Source: Paenibacillus sp. (lineage in GTDB: Bacteria; Bacillota; Bacilli; Paenibacillales; NBRC-103111). From it: a stretch of DNA of 64,000 nucleotides. A model generated the notes under the pieces. That model worked only from the letters and a program-made list of their open reading frames with translations. It did not search any database and had not been told where the DNA came from. Shown one piece after another: positions 10,737 to 19,793 of the stretch. The number at the start of each line of letters is the position of its first letter. The first letter of the stretch is position 1. The translations under genes and the position numbers were made by a program. The stretch is from positions 171,516 to 235,515 of the forward strand of contig JAPSLM010000006.1 in NCBI GenBank assembly GCA_031180825.1, in the 5' to 3' direction.

Positions 10737-11181
10737 ATTCATCCTTGAAATTCCGTTGAAACGTCTCCAAGTCGTCGCGGACCTGCCACAGCAGCCGGCG
10801 GAACAGCATTTTCTCCTCGGGGCTGAAATGCTCGAAGCATTTCGCCTCCAAGACTTGCAGCGCTTCCCGAACGCCGGCGGCAGCTTGCCGCCCTTTCCCG
10901 GTCAAGTAGACGCGGGACACGCGCTGGTCGACCGGGTCCGGCTTCCGCTCGACGAGCCCCGTCTTCTCCATCCGGTTGATCATCACGGTTAACGTAGGCG
11001 GTTTGATCAGCATGCTGTCGGCCAGCTCCTTCTGGCTCTGCCCGTCCCGCTCCGACAACCGCATGAGCAGCGGAGGCTGACCGGGAAAGACGCCGTACTT
11101 CTGAATCATCAGATCGACGCTGTGCCGATGAAGCTTGAGCACATGCCGCATCAAGCGCGTCAGCGAATCGTCATGCGACAT
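10735..11181 (-). CDS. MarR family transcriptional regulator
   Basis: SQKELA, T..INRMEK.GLVER..DP.DQR..RVYLT..G motif. Confidence 0.93.
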   Translation of the reverse strand: MSHDDSLTRLMRHVLKLHRHSVDLMIQKYGVFPGQPPLLMRLSERDGQSQKELADSMLIKPPTLTVMINRMEKTGLVERKPDPVDQRVSRVYLTGKGRQAAAGVREALQVLEAKCFEHFSPEEKMLFRRLLWQVRDDLETFQRNFKDE

Positions 11182-11196
11182 CGGAAGTCCTCCATT

Positions 11197-11213
11197 TTGT
11201 TTGTCGGCTAAAT
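11197..11213. promoter_or_regulatory. Putative MarR operator, upstream copy
   Basis: TTGTTTGTCGGCTAAAT just upstream of the marR RBS and downstream of a TTGACA -35 on the minus strand. Confidence 0.55.
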
Positions 11214-11318
11214 AAATTCAGGTTAGGAGATTTTGGAGCTTCTGTCAATGGGGGCTCCCAAAAAAAGGACAGCCGGTCGGTCATTGACCAAACGAGCTGT
11301 CCTTCATAGCCATGGCTT

Positions 11319-13175
11319 TTACTTAATAATTTCGACAGAACGGATATACTCAACGCTGTTATCGTAGGCGTTGCCTATTCTTAAATCGCCGCGATAGTTT
11401 TGCCGATGGGTAAATTTCGCGTCCGTTATTTTAAAAACCGCTTCCTTCCACGTATCGCTTCCCTCTTTTTGAATCACCAGCCCTTTGTAATCATGGTCGG
11501 TAGCATTGTACTGAATCAGGATCTTATCCTTTCCGGCATCAAAATAAGACACTCTGATCGTTAAATGTGTGTCGCCCTCCCGAACGAATCCGTCGGATAC
11601 TTGAAAATACACATATTTATTGTTCGCTATTATTTTTCGGGCTTCCAGGCCTCCGACGGTTTCAACCACAGTGTAAGGCTCTTCTTTCGGATCTTCGCAC
11701 TGGATTTGTTCCATCTGCGTGTACAAGTTCTTTTCTTTCAGAATGACCTTCGCTCTGTTGCTTTGTTTTTTCACCTTGACTTTACCGATATGGATGCCCC
11801 CGCTTCTCGACCATATACGAAAATCGGAAGACACGTTTTGCCCATTGTCAAACTTCACATCGTTCAGCGTAAAGCTTTGCGTTTTCCACTCTCCCGTATT
11901 TCCTAGAACAACCTGAGCGGTCGGGGTGTAAGCCCCCTGTTGACCGTCATACTGGAGGAACCACGACCCGCTTCCGCTATCCAAATAGGTGACCTCCACT
12001 TGAACGGTCGGATCGAGACCTTCGTTCGCATTGCGCAGCCATTCATCGTTCACCCGAAAATATGCATATTTGCCCGAATCAATCTCGATATGCGAACCGT
12101 AATTCTTTACTCCGCTGTCCCCCGGGGAGGTATTCAAGGACAACGTGAGCGCCCGGTTCATCCCGGTTCCGAAGAAGGTTTCCGCTCCGTTTAAAGCCTG
12201 ATAATGATAAAATGCCTTCAACGGCGACAAGTCTTGCTTGACAAGCCCGTAGTTGTCTTCCGTGACGTCGCCCACATTCGCATTGCGGTAATTGTACCAA
12301 AAAACTTTGGCGATGTTCGGCCATCTTTTATTCATCACATAGACTCGATCTACATATTCCGCTTGCTCGTAAATTTTTGTACCCTTGGAGGTTAAGCCGG
12401 TTTCCGTAATCCAGATCGGCTTACCGCTCAGGCTGGAGCTGTGCTTGCGCACGATTTCCATCATACCGTTATATTTCTTTAGAAGCTCTTGCGACGGTCC
12501 GTAGGCATGATAATTGATAACGTCGAAATAGCTCCCCGCCCCCAGATCCATCAATTGATCGAACCAAGCGCCCGTTCCGTAGTTGGCGTCGCCCCCGTAC
12601 GACAATGCCAGCCCCCCCATCAGCACTTGGTTGGTTGGATCGGTCGCTTTGATCTGGTTATAAGCCTTTTGCAGCAAAGTCAAATAATCGCTTGTACCGC
12701 TTTTCCAAAAGATCGAATAATCGGGCTCGTTCCATACTTCCCAATGATGAATGACACCCTTATATCTGCCCGTAATAAATTTTACATAGCTTTCCCAATC
12801 AGCCCAGTTCGCGGGCTTATAGCGCGTGCTGTCCGGGATGCCCGGTTGGGAGGAAGCCCAGGGCGCGGTATAAGCCAATATCCATACGATGTTGATGCCT
12901 TTGTCCGTTAACCGCTTGACGATATCGTCCATTTTGGTCAACACGTTGGGATCGTACTTCCCTCTCGCCGGTTCGATGGCTCCCCACTCGGGGGAAATGC
13001 GGATCCACTTGACTTGGGAAGCGGCGATTTGGTCGATTAAAGCCGGATAATCCGCATAGCGGTGCGGATGCTCGTTCACCCCGAAATAATCCGCGTCCAT
13101 CGCTTTGGCTTGCGGGATCGGAAAGCTATAAAACAAGACTAAACAAACGATCAGAGCAACCACAGTCTTCTTCAT
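11319..13175 (-). CDS. Secreted clan GH-A glycoside hydrolase (GH39/GH5-like) with two tandem C-terminal beta-sandwich modules
   Basis: Sec signal MKKTVV...AKA; WEVWNEPD acid/base and IWITETG nucleophile motifs; start set at ATG 13175. Confidence 0.82.
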   Translation of the reverse strand: MKKTVVALIVCLVLFYSFPIPQAKAMDADYFGVNEHPHRYADYPALIDQIAASQVKWIRISPEWGAIEPARGKYDPNVLTKMDDIVKRLTDKGINIVWILAYTAPWASSQPGIPDSTRYKPANWADWESYVKFITGRYKGVIHHWEVWNEPDYSIFWKSGTSDYLTLLQKAYNQIKATDPTNQVLMGGLALSYGGDANYGTGAWFDQLMDLGAGSYFDVINYHAYGPSQELLKKYNGMMEIVRKHSSSLSGKPIWITETGLTSKGTKIYEQAEYVDRVYVMNKRWPNIAKVFWYNYRNANVGDVTEDNYGLVKQDLSPLKAFYHYQALNGAETFFGTGMNRALTLSLNTSPGDSGVKNYGSHIEIDSGKYAYFRVNDEWLRNANEGLDPTVQVEVTYLDSGSGSWFLQYDGQQGAYTPTAQVVLGNTGEWKTQSFTLNDVKFDNGQNVSSDFRIWSRSGGIHIGKVKVKKQSNRAKVILKEKNLYTQMEQIQCEDPKEEPYTVVETVGGLEARKIIANNKYVYFQVSDGFVREGDTHLTIRVSYFDAGKDKILIQYNATDHDYKGLVIQKEGSDTWKEAVFKITDAKFTHRQNYRGDLRIGNAYDNSVEYIRSVEIIK

Positions 13176-13253
13176 AGGGAATAAGCCCTCCTCCAGGCAC
13201 TTCGGATGAATCACGTCTGTTTCCTCAAGAAACCGCTGCGGTAGGCGCTATCG

Positions 13254-15794
13254 TTACCGCACGTTCAGAATATACTGAACCGCCTCGCCCGGTTGCAGCG
13301 TTTCGGTTATAAGCACAGCAGGCTCCGCCTGAAGAGTAACCTTCGAATAGGCCGATGCATAAGAGGTTCCCGGTCCAAATCGCTCTCCGGCATAAGTTCC
13401 CGTTTGCGGCATCGTCACGCGTACCTGCATCGTCTGAGGGGTTTTATCGAAATTGACAAAATTCAGCAAAATTTTATCCGCTTTCGCTCCCACGGCGGAT
13501 GCAGGCAAAGACGAAGTATCGACCGCCCGAAAGTATACCTTCTTGTCGGCAACGTCAGTACGGTTGACATAGTCATAGGCAAGCGGCCTTCCATGTGTCG
13601 CGTAAGCAAGAGCAAGCCTGCGGAACGTCGTGAGGCGGAAATCGTTCGGTTCGTTGACGTTCTGCCAAGCAACCACCTGTTCGGGCTGCAATATATTCCA
13701 GTCGACAGCGGGCTTGAACAGACTGTAGGAAACGCCGCTTGAGTCGGTATAAAATGCGGCATGCTGCATAATATGATCCGCATACCCGATATCGCTCCGG
13801 AGCTCCCGGTCAAAGATGGCCTTATATTTATTTCCGCCGCTGTGTGTGCCAAATCGCGGATCGCCGTCGAAATGCGTATCGTTCGCGCCTGTTTCGCTCA
13901 TGACCATCTCTTTCTTTAAGCCGTCTCCGGTATAATCATCATAGGTCAGCAAATTCTCGATCAGCGCTCCTCCCCTTTTGCCCAAAGCACCGACCCCGGT
14001 CGTTCCGTAGCTGTGGCCGTTGGTCAAATCTGCGTACGCCTCGACTTGCAGGCGGGACCTCGGGTCTCTTTCCCATCCTGCCGGAATCCCCTTTTTCTCG
14101 TTATAGGACCAGCCGGGCGCGACAATTTTCAGATTCTTCTTCCCCTCCGGTGAGTCCCGATGTTCTTTCAAAAACTTAGCCAAGGCGATCGTGCCGGCCA
14201 GGGTATGATTGTATCCTCCGGGCTCATTATCGACTTCGACGTACTGAAACAAATCTCCGAAATCCGTAATAAATTTTTCATAATATTGCTTCACCCAGGG
14301 CGGGACGTTACCGGCGGCGATATCCGGATCTCTCACTGTAATGTCACTTCCGAAAATATCGACCAACGGAGTCAAATTAAGCTGCTTCAGCGTCTCCAAT
14401 ACGGATCTGGCATGGGGTCGCCATTTGGATTGGGTATCGGACCAGAAGCCTATTCTCATCCAGTTACCGCTGTACGCGATCCCCATCCACTTGGTAAGTT
14501 GGGGATACTGTCGGATCACGTCGTCGTTGTACGCAAAATTATTCAACATATTCGTCCCGAGATGAACGTATCTGCCATGAACGGGCTCCACTGCCGGCTG
14601 CTGCAAGGCGTCAAGCTGCAAATAATCCCAAACCCACCAAAGGTAAGGATCGCCGGTTGAATCGGCCAAATGCCCCCCGTATGCTTCCAGCCTTAGGGTG
14701 TTCGTTCCTTTTTGCAAGAGCGACGGCGGGATAAACAAACGGTAAGTATTCTTGTACGCCAGCGGCTTTCCGCCCGAATCTACAGCCCCGCTGCCGTTTA
14801 TGCCGGCGATTTGGATGAGTCCCGCCATGATCTGGTTGGTGAAGACCGCCATTTGGGGTATGGATCTGTAGGCGTCCAGAATGCGGAAATGAAGCTCCAC
14901 CCCTTCGCAAGGCACTTCATTTAATATAAACGAAAAGGACATTGTTTGGTTTTCACTTGCGTTCAAGCCTTTGGATACGCTTGTCCAATCGGTTTTTGTT
15001 TTCCAATCGGAAGGAACCGGGAAAGGGGCCGTTTGTGCTTTGTAATTCGAAAATTCAGCCGAGCTTCCGTCGTTTTTACCGATTCTCCACAGCGTAGAAT
15101 CCGATCCGTCCGCCGGCTCCAGCACCGTAATGGTCATATCGTCAAAAAACACTTTGGTTCCGGATGGCTGTTTTCCAGCGAAGTTTAACGCCTGAATCTC
15201 AAAGCGGATATCGTTGAGGGTCCCTCCGTTCTTCGGTTGAAACCGGCTGTCGGTCCCGTAATAATAAATCGTCTCGAGGTCTCCGTTTTTTTGCGTATTG
15301 GATAACGTATCTGCACTCCCGTCCGTCCACTGAACGCCTGCCGTCGAATTCGTCGACCAATATATTCGGGAACCTTGTCCGCCGCCCCACCCCTCCGGCT
15401 GCCAACGTCTGAATTGTACCCGTACCAGCCGATCGGGCTTATTTACAAACTCCGCCAGCTCTGAAGCAGTAAATCCAAGAGATCCGACCGCGCTCTTGTA
15501 AGCGGCGCTTGCGTCGCCTATGGTGATGGCAAGCGCGGGATTAGCCGCATTGTGCGGATTGCTCTCCCGCGTCGCGTTAACTCCGTTCCATGGATGTCCG
15601 CTGCTTTCAAACGACCATCGCTTCTCGATAGAGGTTGGTTTCCATTCCCGTCCGCCATAAGTAACGCCGGAAGTGCAGGTGGCTCCGAAAATGGCGTCCG
15701 CTGCCGATGTTTCCTGCAATGGGTAGGCGAATCCCGTAAACCACAGCGTTATGGCGATAAACACAATCAAACCCGATTTTAGCTTGCTGCGCAC
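13254..15794 (-). CDS. Secreted multidomain CAZyme-like protein: PL4-domain-III-like beta module plus clan GH-A-like barrel
   Basis: Signal peptide; LWRIGKNDGSSAEF...GTNTLRL...WDYLQL module; VDNEPG and MSETG putative catalytic Glu motifs. Confidence 0.7.
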   Translation of the reverse strand: MRSKLKSGLIVFIAITLWFTGFAYPLQETSAADAIFGATCTSGVTYGGREWKPTSIEKRWSFESSGHPWNGVNATRESNPHNAANPALAITIGDASAAYKSAVGSLGFTASELAEFVNKPDRLVRVQFRRWQPEGWGGGQGSRIYWSTNSTAGVQWTDGSADTLSNTQKNGDLETIYYYGTDSRFQPKNGGTLNDIRFEIQALNFAGKQPSGTKVFFDDMTITVLEPADGSDSTLWRIGKNDGSSAEFSNYKAQTAPFPVPSDWKTKTDWTSVSKGLNASENQTMSFSFILNEVPCEGVELHFRILDAYRSIPQMAVFTNQIMAGLIQIAGINGSGAVDSGGKPLAYKNTYRLFIPPSLLQKGTNTLRLEAYGGHLADSTGDPYLWWVWDYLQLDALQQPAVEPVHGRYVHLGTNMLNNFAYNDDVIRQYPQLTKWMGIAYSGNWMRIGFWSDTQSKWRPHARSVLETLKQLNLTPLVDIFGSDITVRDPDIAAGNVPPWVKQYYEKFITDFGDLFQYVEVDNEPGGYNHTLAGTIALAKFLKEHRDSPEGKKNLKIVAPGWSYNEKKGIPAGWERDPRSRLQVEAYADLTNGHSYGTTGVGALGKRGGALIENLLTYDDYTGDGLKKEMVMSETGANDTHFDGDPRFGTHSGGNKYKAIFDRELRSDIGYADHIMQHAAFYTDSSGVSYSLFKPAVDWNILQPEQVVAWQNVNEPNDFRLTTFRRLALAYATHGRPLAYDYVNRTDVADKKVYFRAVDTSSLPASAVGAKADKILLNFVNFDKTPQTMQVRVTMPQTGTYAGERFGPGTSYASAYSKVTLQAEPAVLITETLQPGEAVQYILNVR

Positions 15795-16032
15795 AACATC
15801 AACCCTTTCTCTAGAATGATGGAACTCGTCAAAACCTCAGTTTCAAGGAATTTCCATCGAAACATATTGTATCATGCAAAATATGACCTATCAAAGTGAG
15901 TTTTGTCGAAGTTTGCCAAAAAAAGCGCGACGATCAGCCAACCCGGTGACCGATGGCAATTGCCGCGGTTCGTAAGGGTTACGCAGATCGTCGCGCTTTC
16001 CGAAGAAAGAGCTAATCTGGAAATGCGGTTCG

Positions 16033-17454
16033 TTAAGCAAACTCATGCGGAATTTTGCGTGCCACGCCCGTTTCCACCGCCGCCTGGATTACTTTTTTTC
16101 TAACCGCTTCCACGACCCGGCTGTTAAAGACGCTCGGGATGATATACTGCTCGTTCAATTCGTCGTCCTCCACGGTGGAGGCGATCGCATAAGCGGCGGC
16201 TAGCTTCATTTCCTCGTTAATGGCCGTCGCCTGGCAATCGAGCGCCCCTCTGAAAATGCCGGGGAAGCAGAGTACGTTATTTAGCTGGTTCGGGTAATCC
16301 GACCTTCCGGTTGCCATCACGCGAACGTACGGCTCCGCAATTTCGGGCAGGATCTCCGGCGTCGGATTGGCCATGGCGAAGACGATCGGATCTTTCGCCA
16401 TTTTTTTTAAATCCTCGACACCGATCACCCCCGGACCGGACAAGCCGATAAATACATCCGCATCCTGCATCGCGTCCGTTAGAGCGCCCGCAATGTTATC
16501 GGGGTTCGTATGCTCGGCATACCATTGAAACATGGGATTGCCGTACGTTTCGCCCCGGCGTACGATCCCGACGGACCGGGAAGCGCCGATGATATGCGTC
16601 ACGCCGGCAGCCATCAGCATCTTGGTGCAAGCCACCCCGGCCGCACCGATCCCGCTGAAGACGACTTTAATATCCGCCAGCTTTTTGCCGACCAATTTCA
16701 ATGCGTTGATCAGTCCCGCCAGCATGACGACGGCCGTCCCGTGCTGGTCGTCATGAAATACCGGAATATCCAGCTCCCGCTTCAACCGCTCTTCGATTTC
16801 AAAGCAGCGCGGGGAGGAAATGTCCTCCAGATTGATCCCGCCGAACGCCGGCGCAATGGCTTTCACAATCCGGATGATTTCTTCGGTATCCTTCGTATCC
16901 AAGCATATCGGAAACGAATCGATGCCCGCCATTTCCTTGAACAGCATCGCTTTCCCTTCCATCACCGGCATCGCCGCGATCGGCCCGATATCTCCGAGCC
17001 CGAGGACGGCCGTTCCGTCGCTGACAACCGCGACCGTGTTTCTTTTGATCGTCAGCGAATACGCCTTGGCAGGGTCTTCGTGCAGCGCCATGCAGACACG
17101 GGCTACACCCGGGGTATACACATGGGAGAGATCGTCCCGATTCTTGATCGGCACTTTTGAATGGACCTCAAGCTTGCCGCCCAGGTGCATCAAGAAGGTG
17201 CGGTCGGAGAAGTTAATGATTTTAATTCCCGGCACTTTGGTCACGCTCTTAATCAAGGAGGCTTCGTTCTCCGCGTTGGACACGTTCACCGTAATATCGC
17301 GGATCGTCGTATTTTTGCTTCGGTTCACGTTATCGACAGCGACGATTTCGCCCCCGGTTTCGTGAATCGCATTCGCGATATGAATGAACGGAACGTTCGG
17401 TCCGGACTCCATCCGCAAAATAATCGTATAGCTCCCGCTTGTTTGAACTCCCAT
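16033..17454 (-). CDS. NAD(P)-dependent malic enzyme with N-terminal ACT domain
   Basis: YTPGVA, DGTAVLGLGDIG, VMEGKA, INLEDI, FHDDQHGTA, GRSDYPNQ.NN motifs. Confidence 0.95.
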   Translation of the reverse strand: MGVQTSGSYTIILRMESGPNVPFIHIANAIHETGGEIVAVDNVNRSKNTTIRDITVNVSNAENEASLIKSVTKVPGIKIINFSDRTFLMHLGGKLEVHSKVPIKNRDDLSHVYTPGVARVCMALHEDPAKAYSLTIKRNTVAVVSDGTAVLGLGDIGPIAAMPVMEGKAMLFKEMAGIDSFPICLDTKDTEEIIRIVKAIAPAFGGINLEDISSPRCFEIEERLKRELDIPVFHDDQHGTAVVMLAGLINALKLVGKKLADIKVVFSGIGAAGVACTKMLMAAGVTHIIGASRSVGIVRRGETYGNPMFQWYAEHTNPDNIAGALTDAMQDADVFIGLSGPGVIGVEDLKKMAKDPIVFAMANPTPEILPEIAEPYVRVMATGRSDYPNQLNNVLCFPGIFRGALDCQATAINEEMKLAAAYAIASTVEDDELNEQYIIPSVFNSRVVEAVRKKVIQAAVETGVARKIPHEFA

Positions 17455-17621
17455 GACAAATTCTCCTCCCCTGATTCCCCCTGAAAATACGGATCGAATA
17501 CCTTAATATTGTATCACATATGGAAGAAAATGCTTTTACTAATGCGTAATATTAATATATATGATATGATCTTATTCGTAAAGAGCAGGATTGCCAAATT
17601 TCTCAGCGGGATGAATCCCGG

Positions 17622-18176
17622 TCATCCGTTCAATCTTCCCATCACAATGTTGTCATAGTAGTTGCCGTCGGAAAGAACTTTGTCGTTTTTTAAGATGCCT
17701 TCGACATCGAAGCCAAGCCTTTTGTACAGCTCAATCGCTTTGTCGTTAGTTTCCAGAACATTCAAGGTCATTTTTTTTATGCCGTTAGAATCCGCCCAAG
17801 CCACCGACGCCTTCAACAGATTTTTCCCGATGCCGTATCCCCAAAACTCTTTTAATACGCATACTCCAAATTCGACTTTATGAGAGAAGCGCTTTAAGTA
17901 AATTCCTTCGCATCTTGAAAACCCGACGATCCGATCCGATCCGATCCGAACGGCGGCAACTAAAAATAAATTTCTTGGTTTCTCCGTGTCCGTCTTGATG
18001 ATCTGCTCGAATCCCGCCGGATCGATGAACGCTTCCCCTCTTTCTCTGTCCATATTTTCGGTTTCTCCGTCAATCCGCAATCTTACTTCGGACAACTGCT
18101 TTGCGTCTTTTTCGACGGCGGATCGAATCGTATAGTTTAATCCGTTGATGGTAAATTCTTGTTTGTTCGTTAGCAT
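17622..18176 (-). CDS. GNAT family N-acetyltransferase
   Basis: V..EFWGYGIG..L motif A and N.KAI.LY..LGF..EG; start set at ATG 18176. Confidence 0.88.
   Translation of the reverse strand: MLTNKQEFTINGLNYTIRSAVEKDAKQLSEVRLRIDGETENMDRERGEAFIDPAGFEQIIKTDTEKPRNLFLVAAVRIGSDRIVGFSRCEGIYLKRFSHKVEFGVCVLKEFWGYGIGKNLLKASVAWADSNGIKKMTLNVLETNDKAIELYKRLGFDVEGILKNDKVLSDGNYYDNIVMGRLNG
17927..17949. repeat. Pentanucleotide tandem repeat (CGATC)4 inside GNAT gene
   Basis: cgatc x4 plus cga read directly. Confidence 0.85.
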
Positions 18177-18195
18177 GGCAGGCTCCATTTCTAAT

Positions 18196-18580
18196 TTATT
18201 TTGATGGTCTGAATCCTTGAGGCCATACGGTTGTCTCGTCGTACATAGCATCGGACAGATTCGCTTCTTCAATTCTGGAACATAGCATCACTGCGCCGTA
18301 TAGTTGGACTCCGGTGAAATCTGCTTTCCAGACATCTGCACCAGTTCATTCTGCACCTGTAAGGCCGGCGTTTTTTAAACTTGCCCTGTTCAATTGACAA
18401 TTTAGTAATTTTGCCGATTGTAAAACCGCTCCCTCGAAAAGGACGCTTCAAAAAAAGAAGGCCCCGATATCGAAAAATCCGTATCGGAGCGCATGCAAAC
18501 GAGAAAAGCAACAATCGGTTAAGCTATTTTATCACGATTTCCAGAAAAATCAAGATATCGCGAATTCGATCGACGATCTG
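18196..18580 (-). pseudogene. Decayed pentapeptide-repeat protein gene
   Basis: Manual translation: FEGAV LQSAK LLNCQ LNRAS LKNAG LTGAE *TGAD VWKAD FTGVQ LYGAV ... LSDAMYDETTVWPQGFRPSK*; in-frame stops and upstream frameshifts; 5' limit approximate. Confidence 0.78.
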
Positions 18581-18681
18581 AAAATGACATTCGTCACCAA
18601 GACCGGATTACTTCTTTCACTGTTTGACGGCTCCTTTTTCATCGATACTTAATTTACAAATTGATCGAGGAGTGTTATTCC

Positions 18682-19145
18682 ATGAACGCAACCGTATCTT
18701 TGGCAATTTCCGTATTGATCTTTCTACTCATTATGCGCGGTCAATTTGCGGCATGAGCCCCCCAATCAAGAAGCCGGGAATTTCCTTACTGCTGCCGATT
18801 TTATATATCTCGACCTCGTTATTTCAATTAATGGACCCGAACCTGCATCTGCAGTCAGGCCAGGTTCTCATCGCGCTGCTGATCGGTCTGGTCTTTTCCA
18901 TTCCGCTTATTAGGACGACGAATTTTGAAGTCCGGGAAAACGGGGCGGCGTTTATCCAGCGCAATAAAACCGTGTTTGTTATCCTGATCGTCGTTTTCGC
19001 GCTTCGTTTCGTGTTTGTGGCCAATGTGAAGCTTATCGATCCGAGCACGCTTGGCTTTTTGTGCAACTTGGTCACCTTGAGTTATGTGGCTTGCTGGAGA
19101 ATCGTAAGCTTCGTCAAATTCCGCAGTGCGCTCAAATTGGCTTAG
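18682..19145 (+). pseudogene. CcdC/DUF1453-family membrane protein, frameshifted near 18745-18755
   Basis: RBS GAGGAG then ATG 18682 gives MNATVSLAISVLIFLLIMRGQFAA* (TGA 18754-56); the rest (MSPPIKKPG..LLLP..G..FS.PLI.TT.FEVR...WRI.SF.KF) is in another frame. Confidence 0.7.
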
Positions 19146-19457
19146 CGTTCGCCGGATCTTCTCCGGGTATTTTCCGTGAGTTGCTCCCTATTTCCATCTT
19201 CATACCCGACCCGGCGTTAAATTTCGTAAAGCGTCGGGTTTCGCTGGTTTTAAAATTTGACGTGTTCTTCAGCCTTAACCTTTAATTGTGTTTTCAATTA
19301 TATCCAAAAGAACCCTGTTAAATTATACCTTTGTAAAATAGCGTCTGTATATTAGGAAGTTTTGTGCATAAAATCTTCCGCCTTCACCCCCGGCACGGTG
19401 ACCAAACGGGCGGGCCGCTCATACAATGCATCATCCAAGCCGTGGGAGATGAAGACT

Positions 19458-19664
19458 GTGAGCAAAACGAAAGCTGCCAAAAAGAACGCCCCGGTGTCGT
19501 CCATCGACAAAACCAAGTTCAACATGAAGGTCGTCACCTCGGACGTGTGCGCCCGGTGCCGCAAATGTGAGCGCGGACTGCGGTATCTTGAGAAAATGTC
19601 CCGGCCGGGCGCCATCGGCAACGGGGTCCCCTGTATCTTGACCAAAGGCAAGGCTTACGCATAA
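19458..19664 (+). CDS. Small basic Cys-rich protein (C-x2-C-x2-C...C), possibly sporulation-expressed
   Basis: GGGAG RBS before GTG; VCARCRKCERGLRYLEKM...GVPCILTK; CATACAAT sigmaE-like -10 upstream; terminator downstream. Confidence 0.65.
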   Translation: MSKTKAAKKNAPVSSIDKTKFNMKVVTSDVCARCRKCERGLRYLEKMSRPGAIGNGVPCILTKGKAYA

Positions 19665-19717
19665 AGCGATGCCCGTAGCGCCACAGTTGCCGGCGGCCCG
19701 ACAATCCGCACAAGAAC

Positions 19718-19768
19718 AAAAAAGGCAAGGTACGCTTCCGCCAATTCCGGAATGCGTCCTTGCCTTTT
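19718..19768. terminator. Bidirectional intrinsic terminator
   Basis: AAAAGGCAAGG...CCTTGCCTTTT between convergent genes. Confidence 0.75.
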
Positions 19769-19793
19769 CGTCTGATGCCTTGCGGTTGACTTT

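Noticed and set aside
7135-10759. 439 aa and 499 aa plus-strand ORFs
   Set aside because: Antisense shadows of the two ABC exporter genes.
19352-19651. 99 aa minus-strand ORF with a hydrophobic patch
   Set aside because: The plus-strand Cys-rich ORF has an RBS, a promoter-like element and a terminator; this one has none.
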